DNA of 64,000 nucleotides, taken from NCBI GenBank assembly GCA_051362555.1, contig CM120643.1, positions 19,596,848 through 19,660,847 on the forward strand, in the 5' to 3' direction. The position numbers were made by a program, and so were the translations under genes. The DNA is from Lingula anatina (lineage: Eukaryota; Animalia; Brachiopoda). Of the stretch, positions 51,301 to 59,164 are shown piece by piece. The notes below the pieces were generated by a model. It was not told where the DNA came from and searched no databases. It worked only from the letters and a program-made list of their open reading frames with translations. Position 1 is the first letter of the stretch. Every line of letters begins with the position of its first letter.

Positions 51301-53990
51301 TTTTAAAATGAAAGTTGATATATTATAGCTTCCCTTTGAAAAAAAATGTACACATCTACTACATGTAATGCTTACATGTCCAGTAACAATGCTTTTCTTC
51401 CTTAGGTCATTCCTGGATGTAATAAAACATGGTGTGTTCATGTACTGGTTCTGGGTCACGCTGGTCATTGTATTCATCGCCGGGACCAGTCGTATCAGTA
51501 TATTCTGTATGGGGTACCTGATTGGCTGCTTCTTGTTGCTATGGTATGGACAGGATATGTTCCTGAAGCCACTAAGACAGCTGCTAAAGATGTGAGTACA
51601 CCAATTGTCTCAATGGGTTCTTTTAGCATATAGATTTTATGTATTCTTTTTATTTTCAGTATAAAAGAATTTGGTGACATTTTCAATGGAGGTGATATTA
51701 CTAATATTGGCATGTTTAATTTATAGGTTAATAATTCTTACTACCACTAAATTATATTCATAGTTTTACCAAGTATTTGACATTTTTTTTATTAAGATGG
51801 ACCATACTTCTCACCTTTCCTTTATTGGTGATATTCATGGATTTTTAAAAAGCATTTGACATTGTTCTTTTTTTTTCTCTGGAAGTAGAACATTCTCCTG
51901 TAGCCTACACATTTTTGATAATATTCACAGACTTTAAGAAAAATATTTAACATTGTTTTAATTATTTTTTTCTCCAAGAAAACTTTCTCCTAGCCTATTT
52001 ATTAGTGATGATATTCATAGGGTTTAAAAAGCATTTGATGTTATTCTCTCCAGGTGGAACAATCTCATAGCCTATACATTAGTAATGATATTCATAGTTT
52101 TAAAAAGTATTTGATGTAATTCTCTCTAGGTGGAATATTCTCCTAGCCTATACATTTGTGGTGATCTTTCTGAAGGCCAGCATGCAGGTGATAGGGTGTG
52201 TGTACTTCACACAGCTCTACTCAAACTACTGCTGGGTGGTGCAGCTCTTCAATATCATATGTCTCAAGGCTGGAGTCAATATATTCAACTCTGGGACTAA
52301 GAGTTACAGTAAGTGTCCACTAGTGCTGTATAGTCAAATGTTTTGGGTTGATATATTCTTTATAATATTCAAAAATTTTAAATGCCACCCCAAAACATTT
52401 CAAGCATTTTATATATTCGGGCCTGTTTCAATTCAGGAAGAAATGATAATTATGATATTTCTTATATGAAATTTTATTTTCAGTTTTATGTTTGAGTGCA
52501 GTATTTCTGGCACAAGGCACATGGATTCATTTGAAATGTTTTTGATTAAATTTTAATTGCAAGAATGCATTTTGATAAGCTTAATGGGAAAGACCTATTT
52601 TAATTCTATTGTTTTTTCAAGGAATGGTTAAATTTTTTAATTATATTTATGTGCAGTACTTGTATTATTATAGCTTGTATTTATTCAGAACATTGGCCTA
52701 AGCATGAAGATGAGTTTTACATATGAAACACTTATACAATGTTTTTTTTCATGAAAAGGGTGCTATGCTAAGTTTCTATGCATGAACAATATTTTACATC
52801 ATTATTGTCATTAAATATGTTTCTATTTTTTATTATTTTAGACAATGGTGAGTAAAGAGTGAGGGGAACTGGTTGAAGTATTTTATAAGCTAGCATTAAG
52901 CATGGAATTTTTTTTTATATTGATATTCAGAGTGCAGTTTAAATTGGTTCAAATCTTGGGTGATTTTAATTAAGCCAATTTGTTTAGAATTTGGTCTTTA
53001 CTTATTTTTGTTTTGCATGGGGAAAATAACTTGTGAGTCACCTGCTTTATCCAGTCTAAAGCTCATTATACTACTCACATATCCAAAGGCAGTCGTACAC
53101 TGTCAGGTAAATGCTGAGCTATTAACCTTTTTGCTGAGCTGATGGCACAGAGCTGGCTGAGCTCATAGTTCACAGTATTTGCTGGGTTTTACAGGGTTGG
53201 ATTGAGGCCGTCTTCTGGGTCTTCTGGAAGACCATCAGATTTTCAAGTTTACAATGATGGGTATCTAATTTATTCTGTTGGAAGACGGTCAAAAATAAAG
53301 ATTGGATCAACAAAGATAATTTGGAAGACTGTCAGAAAACATCTCTGGATCTGCCCCTGTTTTAGTGGGTTGCAGTTTAGCTCAGCTCATACCTCACAGT
53401 GGGCTTTAAGTGGGTACCTGTCTGGCCATGCCTTTTACTCCAAGAAGAAAGTAATTACTGAGCTTATAGTGGTGTTTTAACAAGCTGTTTATCTAACACG
53501 CTGAGGCATATCATGAATTATAATATATGCTATATCATTTTAGCATTATAAGGCTTTCTGTTTTTCTCTAACTTCTCTTTGTTTATTTTTTTACATTGTA
53601 ATTATTATTATTACTATCAAAGAGAATGACACCACACATTTGATGTAGCAATGGCTACCCTATGCATGATCTGTTATGTTCTGCATGCTATATGTGAGTA
53701 CAGTCAGCTTGTGATACATCCAGCACTGTTTGAACAAAAACCATGTTTACAATGACTGCAGGAAGTGGACAGTTTAGCTTCCTGTACTCAGCATGTAATC
53801 CTGGAGGAAAAGACCAGTTAATGCAGTTAAGTGATCACTACCTAAGATAATTGAAAGCAGTATGTACTTCTTTGAAAAAAGCCCTGAAACATTTAATTGC
53901 AGCAATCAAACTGTCTGCTTTTTGGAAATTAAGTCAGAAATGTTTTAGCTCAAATGCTGCTGGATGAGTGCATGATTCTTTTTTCTGGCA

Positions 53991-54039
<49 letters not shown>

Positions 54040-56277
54040 GCTGGATGAGTGCATGATTTTTTTCTGGCACAATATTTATATTTATATTATTATTGTTATT
54101 ACTTCTTTTGCTTGATTAGATGGTCCACTTGTAGGTATGGAATCATATGGTTAGGTTTGTAAGGGTGCGGTGGTGGTGGTGGTGGTGGTGTGGAACCGAG
54201 ACCGGATTCTTTGTTTTTGCCTGGTGCAAACCCTGTATATTTTTTCATATATTATCAGTTGAAATGATGCATTTTAGTTTATTTGATCTTGTACTGGAAC
54301 AGCAATGTCAGTTAACAAGACATCCATGTTGTATCCTCATTAAGACATGTACTGGTGGTCAGGGATGTTGGCCTGACCACTGGTGTGAGGATAACCATCA
54401 TGACCAACGGGTGTCCTGATGACCGTGACATTGTGAGCCTAGTAATATGCCCAATTAAGTAAAATACATCCCTTTCAATTTTATTATTTCCCTTGCATGG
54501 TGAAGGGTTTTAGAAAGGTTTTTGTGGTGTCACTCTGCCAGGACGGGTCATTAGGTGTTATGTATTGTCTCATTTAAATGTGTGAATATGGTTGGTGGTA
54601 CATACCTGGGAAGTAACCCTGCCTCTCTGAACCTCTTGGTTGTTTGTTTCCTTCTGTTTTATGATCGGTATGTACTATTATATCATGAGTTTTAAGATGA
54701 TGTGGAGTTTGTACATTTTAGACAAGTTACTTTCAATGTGCAAGTTAGTTTTGTTGTTTGAATTGCATTAATATCTTGCTTGAGTCTTGTATTTTCATGA
54801 AAATCATTTTAAATTTCATTTTAGCAGACATGTTACTTGAAGATAAGACATAAACAATCCTTGCACATCTTATTTTATATAAGTTGTTGTTAACTGACCC
54901 CCGTTTCACAAAAAACTATAGTCAGGTTCCTGGGCTAAGACCTTAATTACCAAGGTCATATGCACGGGGAACATCCTACCTTATCAGGAACAGTGTAACA
55001 GTAATCTCATGGAAATCCTAGTCAACTAAGCCAGGGAACTGACTTAAGTTGTTTTGTGAAACTGGGACCTGCTGTTAAACTGGCATCAAGTGGGTGGGTG
55101 GGGGGGGTATACCTTGGCTTCCACTGTTTTCCCATATGAACAAACCTTGCTTATTAGGAAGCAACAGTTTCAGTGCAAGCTTGTGTTAAGCTGAAATCAA
55201 AGTCCCTTGGCACCCCTCTCCTCAATCTGTGCCTGGATTTAAGTGCTTGCTGATGATTTTTTTAGAGAGATTGTTGGGATATATGTGGATTCCTGATTCA
55301 GTTGCAGTAATGATGCTGATGAAGTTTTATAAAAATCTGACTGTTTTATACACACAAATTGGGCAAATCAGTTAAGATATTAAGAATCAGATTTTTACAC
55401 ATTTTCATTCTGTTCTTATCTGGATTTCGGTTTAGTTTATGTCTTTAGAGTTTTCCTTATACTTTATACCGAAGAGTTTTTAAAAAAATCTTTTTGTTCT
55501 ATTGTAGTCAATTACGAGGACTGTACTCTCCCATATGATGAGGCAGGAATGGCCTGGGATGCTGTTGTCTTCATCTTTCTCCTCATCCAGATCCGAATCT
55601 TCCGCAGCTATTATTTTGACCATGTAGTCATAGAGCTCACTGCACAGAACATGTTAGCATCAAGGTAGGTCAACATAGGAATGTTATATCACATTGAGGT
55701 AGGTCAACATAGGAATGTGATAGCATTGAGGTACATGTAGGTTAACATAGGAACATGATGGTATCATGTAATGTCAGCATGTGTCACAGAGCTACATTTC
55801 AGTGCATCACCTAAAAGTGGTTGAATTATGTACCATTTTGAATTGGCAGAAATTAAAACTTGTATTAAAATCTGGTATGCCTGACTCTCAAGTGTTATTT
55901 CAACCAGAAATATCCCATTCTGTAAAATATGGTGAAATACTTATCATAACTAGCATGCTTCAGATAGAAAAGCGTGACTTCAATGATAATTTTGACTGAT
56001 ATATCCATTTGTATGTTTATGTGAGAAAAACATTTTAGATAAATAAATATGATATTTTTATTACAAATTTGCATGCCTTAATACAACATCGAACATATTC
56101 ATGTGTTCTATATCAGGGGAGCAGAACTGATCAACTGGCGTCTGATTCGAGATGTTAGGAAGAGGAAGGAGGAGGAGGAAGCTGTCCTCAGGAATATCAA
56201 ACGCAAGATGGAGAGAATAAAACTGCGACAGCAGAGAATCAGTAACAAGTACACAGAACACGAGGACCATTATAAAA
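21939..56277 (+). CDS. Piezo: Piezo-type mechanosensitive ion channel, multi-exon, 3'-incomplete (about 1370 aa within window)
   Basis: 28 exons with GT-AG boundaries and matching phases join into one ORF. Recognised Piezo motifs: LLPITLLAAVIFRYNGLS, GHTGRYL, WSITYHSWLTFV, IYTYQF, NYFFYKFGLE, CLGFPPGLC..YPW, WLYLPD, DFFQLL, EAGMAWD, ASRGAEL and the beam helix IKRKMERIK. The pore/cap C-terminus is not in the window. Confidence 0.97.
22184..22220. repeat. (GA)n microsatellite
   Basis: Direct reading. Confidence 0.95.
23205..23300 (+). CDS. Piezo: Piezo exon (VIFRYNGLSFVYACLLLVLPLLHTPSQKHMA)
   Basis: tttcag|...G|gtaaga; 96 nt, phase 1-1. Confidence 0.95.
23535..23669 (+). CDS. Piezo: Piezo exon (GHTGRYLRAVLAL...ILPN)
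   Basis: ttgcag|...T|gtgagt; 135 nt, phase 1-1. Confidence 0.95.
23702..23945 (+). mobile_element. MITE family A
   Basis: Matches 14668-14918 (inverted) and 63250-63455. Confidence 0.8.
24800..24978. mobile_element. MITE with CAGGCCCGTAG termini and 5-bp TSD CATGT
   Basis: catgt CAGGCCCGTAG...CTACGGGGCCTG catgt. Confidence 0.8.
25740..25782 (+). CDS. Piezo: Piezo 43-nt exon (CSQEEKILRQFGFQR)
   Basis: cttcag|...AG|gtgaca; supplies the phase 1-to-2 shift required between the flanking exons. Confidence 0.9.
25971..26417 (+). CDS. Piezo: Piezo exon (VDEANVLNIARLLVPDV...LLYLYQFQFFQ...FYAR)
   Basis: tttttcag|...AG|gtaaag; 447 nt, phase 2-2. Confidence 0.95.
27200..27301. repeat. (TTA)n microsatellite
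   Basis: Direct reading. Confidence 0.95.
27440..27602 (+). CDS. Piezo: Piezo exon (LFGLTGIIETSC...WPVYVSPAVIL...HISD)
   Basis: tttcag|...GAC|gtgagt; an alternative in-frame donor exists at 27617. Confidence 0.9.
28903..29028 (+). CDS. Piezo: Piezo intracellular-loop exon (VEQHPPGSDSASPSMLRAHMKRPKSRSRAVSEKQVEKDPAEE)
   Basis: cttcttatacag| acceptor; open in phase 0; donor GAG|gtttga or CAG|gtagag at 29004; GC-rich island in AT-rich intron. Confidence 0.75.
32773..32820 (+). mobile_element. Isolated 3' end of a HINE/Helentron-like element
   Basis: gctggtggtaca..ggaggtggcgccacctctctgatcct matches the terminus at 62505-62552. Confidence 0.6.
34428..34478 (+). CDS. Piezo: Piezo 51-nt cassette exon candidate (TPPDLLYNLNVSESEAE)
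   Basis: Branch-like ctaac, ccag| acceptor, GAG|gtaaga donor; phase 0-0, open. Confidence 0.7.
35861..36061 (+). CDS. Piezo: Piezo exon (RLVENEDRP...YLMRQSYIVTLVVMM)
   Basis: tttcag|...ATG|gtatgg; 201 nt. Confidence 0.93.
36333..36584 (+). CDS. Piezo: Piezo exon (LWSITYHSWLTFVFLL...PCLPLGVK)
   Basis: tttttag|...AAG|gtaaat; conserved WSITYHSWLTFV motif. Confidence 0.96.
36643..38715. mobile_element. Small CCC...GGG MITE (cctatagga-rich) split by a nested transposon
   Basis: Ends cccttatgaaaat / atttccattaggg; the same cctatagga motifs occur at 36643-36775 and 38673-38715. Confidence 0.65.
36776..38672. mobile_element. 1.9-kb non-autonomous DNA transposon, Tc1/mariner-pogo-like (TA TSD)
   Basis: 24-bp TIR cggtaatgtgccaagcatttcgac / gtcgaattgtttggcatattaccg (3 mismatches); TA on both sides; CpG-rich; no transposase ORF. 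Confidence 0.8.
39020..39143 (+). CDS. Piezo: Piezo exon (VIYTFFFWLTLRQWRKE...QGRQ)
   Basis: ttctag|...G|gtaagt; FWLTLRQ motif; phase 0-1. Confidence 0.94.
39533..39580 (+). CDS. Piezo: Piezo 48-nt exon (DVGHTDGKDSDTMTKI)
   Basis: tttcag|...G|gtgagt; phase 1-1. Confidence 0.85.
39590..39757 (+). mobile_element. MITE family B, TSD GTAAA
   Basis: gtaaa C...GCCCCTG gtaaa; inserted 9 nt into a Piezo intron. Confidence 0.85.
39893..40035 (+). CDS. Piezo: Piezo exon (KAVMSFLSKYWILVC...YIIIFQ)
   Basis: ctttcag|...CAG|gtatgg; KYWI motif. Confidence 0.95.
40432..40580 (+). CDS. Piezo: Piezo exon (LSYKVWRFVLYVFWWVVIIYSMLVLILIYTYQF...TGLSDD)
   Basis: ttccag|...AT|gtaagt; IYTYQF motif; phase 0-2. Confidence 0.96.
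40558..41347 (+). repeat. 31-bp minisatellite derived from an exon/intron junction (gggacaggactgtctgatgacatgtaagtat)
   Basis: About 25 copies; the first copy is the real exon end and donor. Confidence 0.95.
41475..41621 (+). CDS. Piezo: Piezo exon (LADIGLERY...ILQVHYFHKPFM...KRY)
   Basis: tttccag|...TT|gtgagt; DIGL and LQxHYFH motifs. Confidence 0.95.
42093..42300. mobile_element. Foldback MITE with ~68-bp TIRs and 5-bp TSD TTACT
   Basis: ttact CAGGCCTACCCAACTACCAGAC...GTCTGGTAGTTGGGTAGGCCTG ttact. Confidence 0.9.
42741..42773 (+). CDS. Piezo: Candidate 33-nt microexon (LPGQEFELQL)
   Basis: ttttctacag| acceptor; weak donor TG|gttggt (or CT|gtggtt at 42770); phase 2-2, open. Confidence 0.4.
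43278..43432 (+). mobile_element. MITE family B, TSD AAAGG
   Basis: Homologous to 39590 and 53192 copies; aaagg on both flanks. Confidence 0.85.
44866..44895 (+). CDS. Piezo: 30-nt microexon (DLPAKPKKIK)
   Basis: Pyrimidine-rich ctctcccctacttctcag| acceptor; AA|gtgagt donor; phase 2-2, open. Confidence 0.7.
45172..45339 (+). mobile_element. MITE family C, Harbinger-like
   Basis: TIR ggctccggtttcacaaaa / ttttgtgaaactggggcc; second copy at 54896. Confidence 0.8.
45731..45957. mobile_element. Degenerate TIR element beginning at TTAA (Kolobok-like MITE)
   Basis: aaggggaacatcact...cctaaaatgaataaaacgataatt is inverted with aattatcactttatttattttagg...agtgatattccctt. Confidence 0.45.
47745..47836 (+). 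CDS. Piezo: Piezo exon (KPAPPGEATDGEQTEGEGEDEGAEKKKKKR)
   Basis: ttgcag|...G|gtattt; supplies the required phase 2-to-1 change. Confidence 0.88.
47989..48140 (+). CDS. Piezo: Piezo exon (LLSSMKH...LWRVLEIHIFKVV...VLH)
   Basis: tgtcag|...CAT|gtaagt; WRxLEIH motif. Confidence 0.95.
48456..48629 (+). CDS. Piezo: Piezo exon (VSALSFIFIFF...KMAFQL...TNCT)
   Basis: ttccag|...ACG|gtaagt; 174 nt. Confidence 0.95.
48863..48970 (+). CDS. Piezo: Piezo exon (NMSSQHDNGSIFTNETVNNAVWVGLEKVPDVAYYVK)
   Basis: ttttcag|...AAG|gtaggt; WVGLEK motif. Confidence 0.93.
49162..49362 (+). CDS. Piezo: Piezo exon (DYIAIVLIL...CLKFFANYFFYKFGLE)
   Basis: tttcag|...GAG|gtaggg; hallmark NYFFYKFGLE. Confidence 0.97.
49765..49966 (+). 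CDS. Piezo: Piezo exon (MCFIMTVITICVRVD...QYLSCLGFPPGLCW)
   Basis: ttctag|...G|gtaagg. Confidence 0.96.
50420..50524 (+). CDS. Piezo: Piezo exon (YPWGEF...WLYLPDY...KLI)
   Basis: tttcag|...G|gtaagg; YPW and WLYLPD motifs. Confidence 0.95.
51081..51243 (+). CDS. Piezo: Piezo exon (DFFQLLLVCLQWQVF...DFISHK)
   Basis: tttcag|...AG|gtacga. Confidence 0.95.
51406..51591 (+). CDS. Piezo: Piezo exon (SFLDVIKHGVFMYWFWVTL...RISIFCMGYL...LLK)
   Basis: ccttag|...AT|gtgagt. Confidence 0.96.
51720..52165 (+). repeat. ~76-bp degenerate tandem repeat derived from an intron/exon (acceptor) junction
   Basis: ttctctccagGTGGAACAATCTCATAGCCTATACATT at 52044 echoes the real ttctctctagGTGGAATATTCTCCTAGCCTATACATT at 52120; more decayed copies lie upstream. 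Confidence 0.85.
52130..52308 (+). CDS. Piezo: Piezo exon (WNILLAYTFVVIFLK...CWVVQLFNIICLK...KSY)
   Basis: ctctctag|...A|gtaagt; CWxxQLF motif; phase 2-1. Confidence 0.95.
52842..52847 (+). CDS. Piezo: Candidate 6-nt microexon ACAATG
   Basis: T-rich tract ...ttttttattattttag|ACAATG|gtgagt; phase 1-1, open. Confidence 0.65.
53192..53359 (+). mobile_element. MITE family B, TSD TTTTA
   Basis: tttta CAGGG...GCCCCTG tttta. Confidence 0.85.
53993..54039. repeat. (ATT)n microsatellite between two copies of tgctggatgagtgcatgatt..tttctggcaca
   Basis: Direct reading; local duplication at ~53958 and ~54039. Confidence 0.85.
54120..54134 (+). CDS. Piezo: Candidate 15-nt microexon (GPLV)
   Basis: cttcttttgcttgattag|ATGGTCCACTTGTAG|gtatgg; phase 1-1, open. 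Confidence 0.55.
   Translation: MVHL
54896..55069 (+). mobile_element. MITE family C
   Basis: Homologous to 45172-45339. Confidence 0.8.
55508..55664 (+). CDS. Piezo: Piezo exon (NYEDCTLPYDEAGMAWDAVVFIFLLIQIRIFRSYYF...LASR)
   Basis: ttgtag|...AG|gtaggt; AGxxWD...Q.RIF.SYYF motif. Confidence 0.96.
56117..56277 (+). CDS. Piezo: Piezo beam-region exon (GAELINWRLIRDVRKRKEEEEAVLRNIKRKMERIKLRQQ...HYK)
   Basis: tatcag|...A|gtgagt; charged helix resembling the Piezo beam (KRxMERI). Confidence 0.95.
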
Positions 56278-57697
56278 GTGAGTGACGAGGAAATGTTTTG
56301 AGGTGGTAGTTTGCAGGGAGCGTGATTTTTTTCACTGATTTTACAACTGCACTTTGAGACCTTAAAAGTTTGGTTTTCATTATTTCCTGGTTGTTTTTCT
56401 AGAGATCTCGGCCTCTTAGTGCAGTGTGTTAAAGTGCATTCAGAGAGTGTCTAAGTAAAACTGTATATGGTCTAAATGAGGTCACCAGAGAAATAATGAT
56501 CACAAAGGCCTTTCTTATTCCCATGTTAGCCAATCTATTTAGCTGGTGATGTCATTTGGTCTATATCTGGTTTAAGTTAGAACAGATCTGCACATGTCAC
56601 TGAGATTGTTGAGTTTTTTCTTTGTTTCAAATTTTCAAAGTTTTATATATTTTTCACATACCTTTTTTGTGTGGGTTGACACCAAATTTGGTTAAAAAAA
56701 TCAGTTCTTGTGAGAATAAGTTTTTTTCTTTACATTACAAAAATTTATGTAACTGATATATAAAATGCTCTTGTCAAAAAGAGAATAAAATAGAGGAGGG
56801 GTCAGTCTCACTGTGGAGCAAATAAGTTCCAAAAATGTGCCATATATTGATAGTGTGGAACTTGTTTTGCTATCTGGCAGCAGTTGTTGTTGAAATTATT
56901 AATGTCTTATTTGGAATGGAATTTTTTCCATTCATTCCTTTTGCTCTCTTTGTCTACAAAATAAATACTGGATTTATCATTTTAGGATTGAAAAAATAAA
57001 AGTATTTACTATAAATTTTTTCTCCAAGTCTCCAATTTTACTAGATCATTAATTTTTTTTATTTGAATATTCATTAAGGTTATTCATTCATTATTATTAT
57101 TATTATCATTATAATTATAATTTTGCTTTCTTAATTTTGATATAAGCAAACTTGATAATTTTTCGTGTTTATGGTTTTCTTTGCTTGTTGTGGCCTTAAT
57201 TCAGCTTTTTTTTTATTTTGGATCAGGGTAATACAAAGAATTGTTATATCATATAAAATGCTGTATTTTATATTTTATCAAATCTTCCTGTAATTTAAAA
57301 AGAAAACAAAAATGTTTAATAAAAAGAATATAATTTGAGTTGATTAACTTTGCAGTACCCTGTATCATGTACATATGTGACATTAATTGTTATATTTGTT
57401 ATTCTAATCTTTGTCATTATGATTCTCAGAACTAATTGTTCTTTGTAATAACTCACTCTGGGCTTACTTCCAATTTTATGGATGTTGTCAACCAGAAATC
57501 TGCAAATCTGGCCAGAATCTCACTGGTAATATCAATGTTGAATCTAAGAAAATGGGTTACGTACCAATTATTTCCATTGTGATATTTTTAAAGAATTTCA
57601 TCTACTAGTATTTGGAGTAAGTCCAGTTTTGTTCCCCTATTTTGTTGTTTTATTTTGTTTCCTGTTTTATCTTGTTCTTAATTTCTCTGAGTCTTAG

Positions 57698-57730
57698 ATT
57701 GTGTGCAATGGGACAGTAGCTACAGCACAG
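57698..57730 (+). CDS. Piezo: Candidate 33-nt microexon (CVQWDSSYST)
   Basis: Long T-rich tract, tcttag| acceptor, CAG|gtgaag donor; phase 1-1, open. Confidence 0.5.
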
Positions 57731-57770
57731 GTGAAGTAGTCTTGGTATATAGCCATCATATATCAAGTCC

Positions 57771-57773
<3 letters not shown>

Positions 57774-57860
<87 letters not shown>
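57774..57860. repeat. (TA)n microsatellite
   Basis: Direct reading; source of the YIYIYI spurious ORFs. Confidence 0.97.
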
Positions 57861-57863
<3 letters not shown>

Positions 57864-59164
57864 GTGGCAAAGGGTGCGTGAGTGGCAATAGCAAAACGTA
57901 TAAGACCTGACAGATGTAATCAGGTAAAAAGCCATTGCCAACAATGTTCAACACAGTATGTCCACATTTGATGGATGACATGAGCAGAAAAGTCATAGTA
58001 TTTTTGCATTAAAGATTGATTTTATTTTGGTGCCCTCTTACCTTTTCTTCTATATTTTTACACAGACAAAATAACATGACCATATAATAAGACATTTGGG
58101 AGGCATTTTTTAATTAGTTTTACCACCAGCGTAGGCGCTGGCGGTACACATGGTTTTAGTCCCGACCCGTATGTTCCGCCGGCTCCGCCGGCTCCGCCGC
58201 CAAGTCACCGTTACCGCTTCTCCTCCTAGACTACTAGGGCCTGCGTACCCATCTCTTGGATTTATGTCACCTATAATCTCAACTCGTTCCACGTAAAATT
58301 TGGGCTTTGTCGGTATTGGGGTCTAGGTGTGGCACTCATTGCAATGCACCCTTGTCCAAAAATGGCAAAATTAAATGCTAATTATCTACCCTACGGAAGG
58401 AATTATGGGAAAAATTTGTACAGACGGCTTTCCAAAAGTCATATGTGTAGATTTCAAATATGCCCTTGGATTTGACCTTTGACCTTTATTTCAAGGTCAA
58501 ACGGGCCAAAATTTTCAAAAAAATGAAATTTTTTACGAAAAAAAATTTTTTGCGCTGTTATTCAGACACTACACAGACTTAACCAATAATATTACTAGAA
58601 AGTGTTACCATTTGGGTCATCTTTCATCTCTGTGAATTTGGGGTCAATCGGTGCATTTTCACGGGAGTAGCGGCCATAAGATACCGAAACTGAAAACTGT
58701 CTCTAATTCGGGAACCGTTAGTGCTAGAGACCCATTCTTTTTTGCATTTTGTAGAGCATGTAAAGCCCAACACTGGGAGTGGTCTCCGTTTTTTTGTATT
58801 CCATACGGTTTTCGAGTTACGCTGTATCAAAAAGTACATTTTGGTGAAGAAAGCAAAATGTGCAGTACGGTAATGGATAATAAATTTTGAACTCCCGAAA
58901 AATAAAACATAAGGCTTGGCAAGGCAGACAACCTGTGATCACAAATGACATTATTTCATCAAATTTGAACATCTGGAACTTCAGAGCACCTCCCATTTCA
59001 AGAATTTTGGGCAAAATGACCTTTTCTTTATTTTAATTAATTTTTTCTGTACGAAATTTATGGCACATTATTGTAACTCCAAAATTATAACATTTAGTCC
59101 CTTATATCTCCAAAACTGGCAGAGATAGGTCCATGGTTACTATTGAACTTGAATAGGAAATCAT

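Noticed and set aside
53649-53693. 45-nt phase 1-1 open segment ending T|gtgagt
   Set aside because: The polypyrimidine tract is poor and it contains two TGCATG motifs, so it looks more like an intronic regulatory element; not fully excluded.
54345-54432. GC-richer exon-like segment ending in gtgagc
   Set aside because: It has a stop codon in the required phase 1 (GCC TGA) and a weak acceptor.
57703-57996. YIYIYI ORFs
   Set aside because: They are a (TA)n microsatellite artefact.
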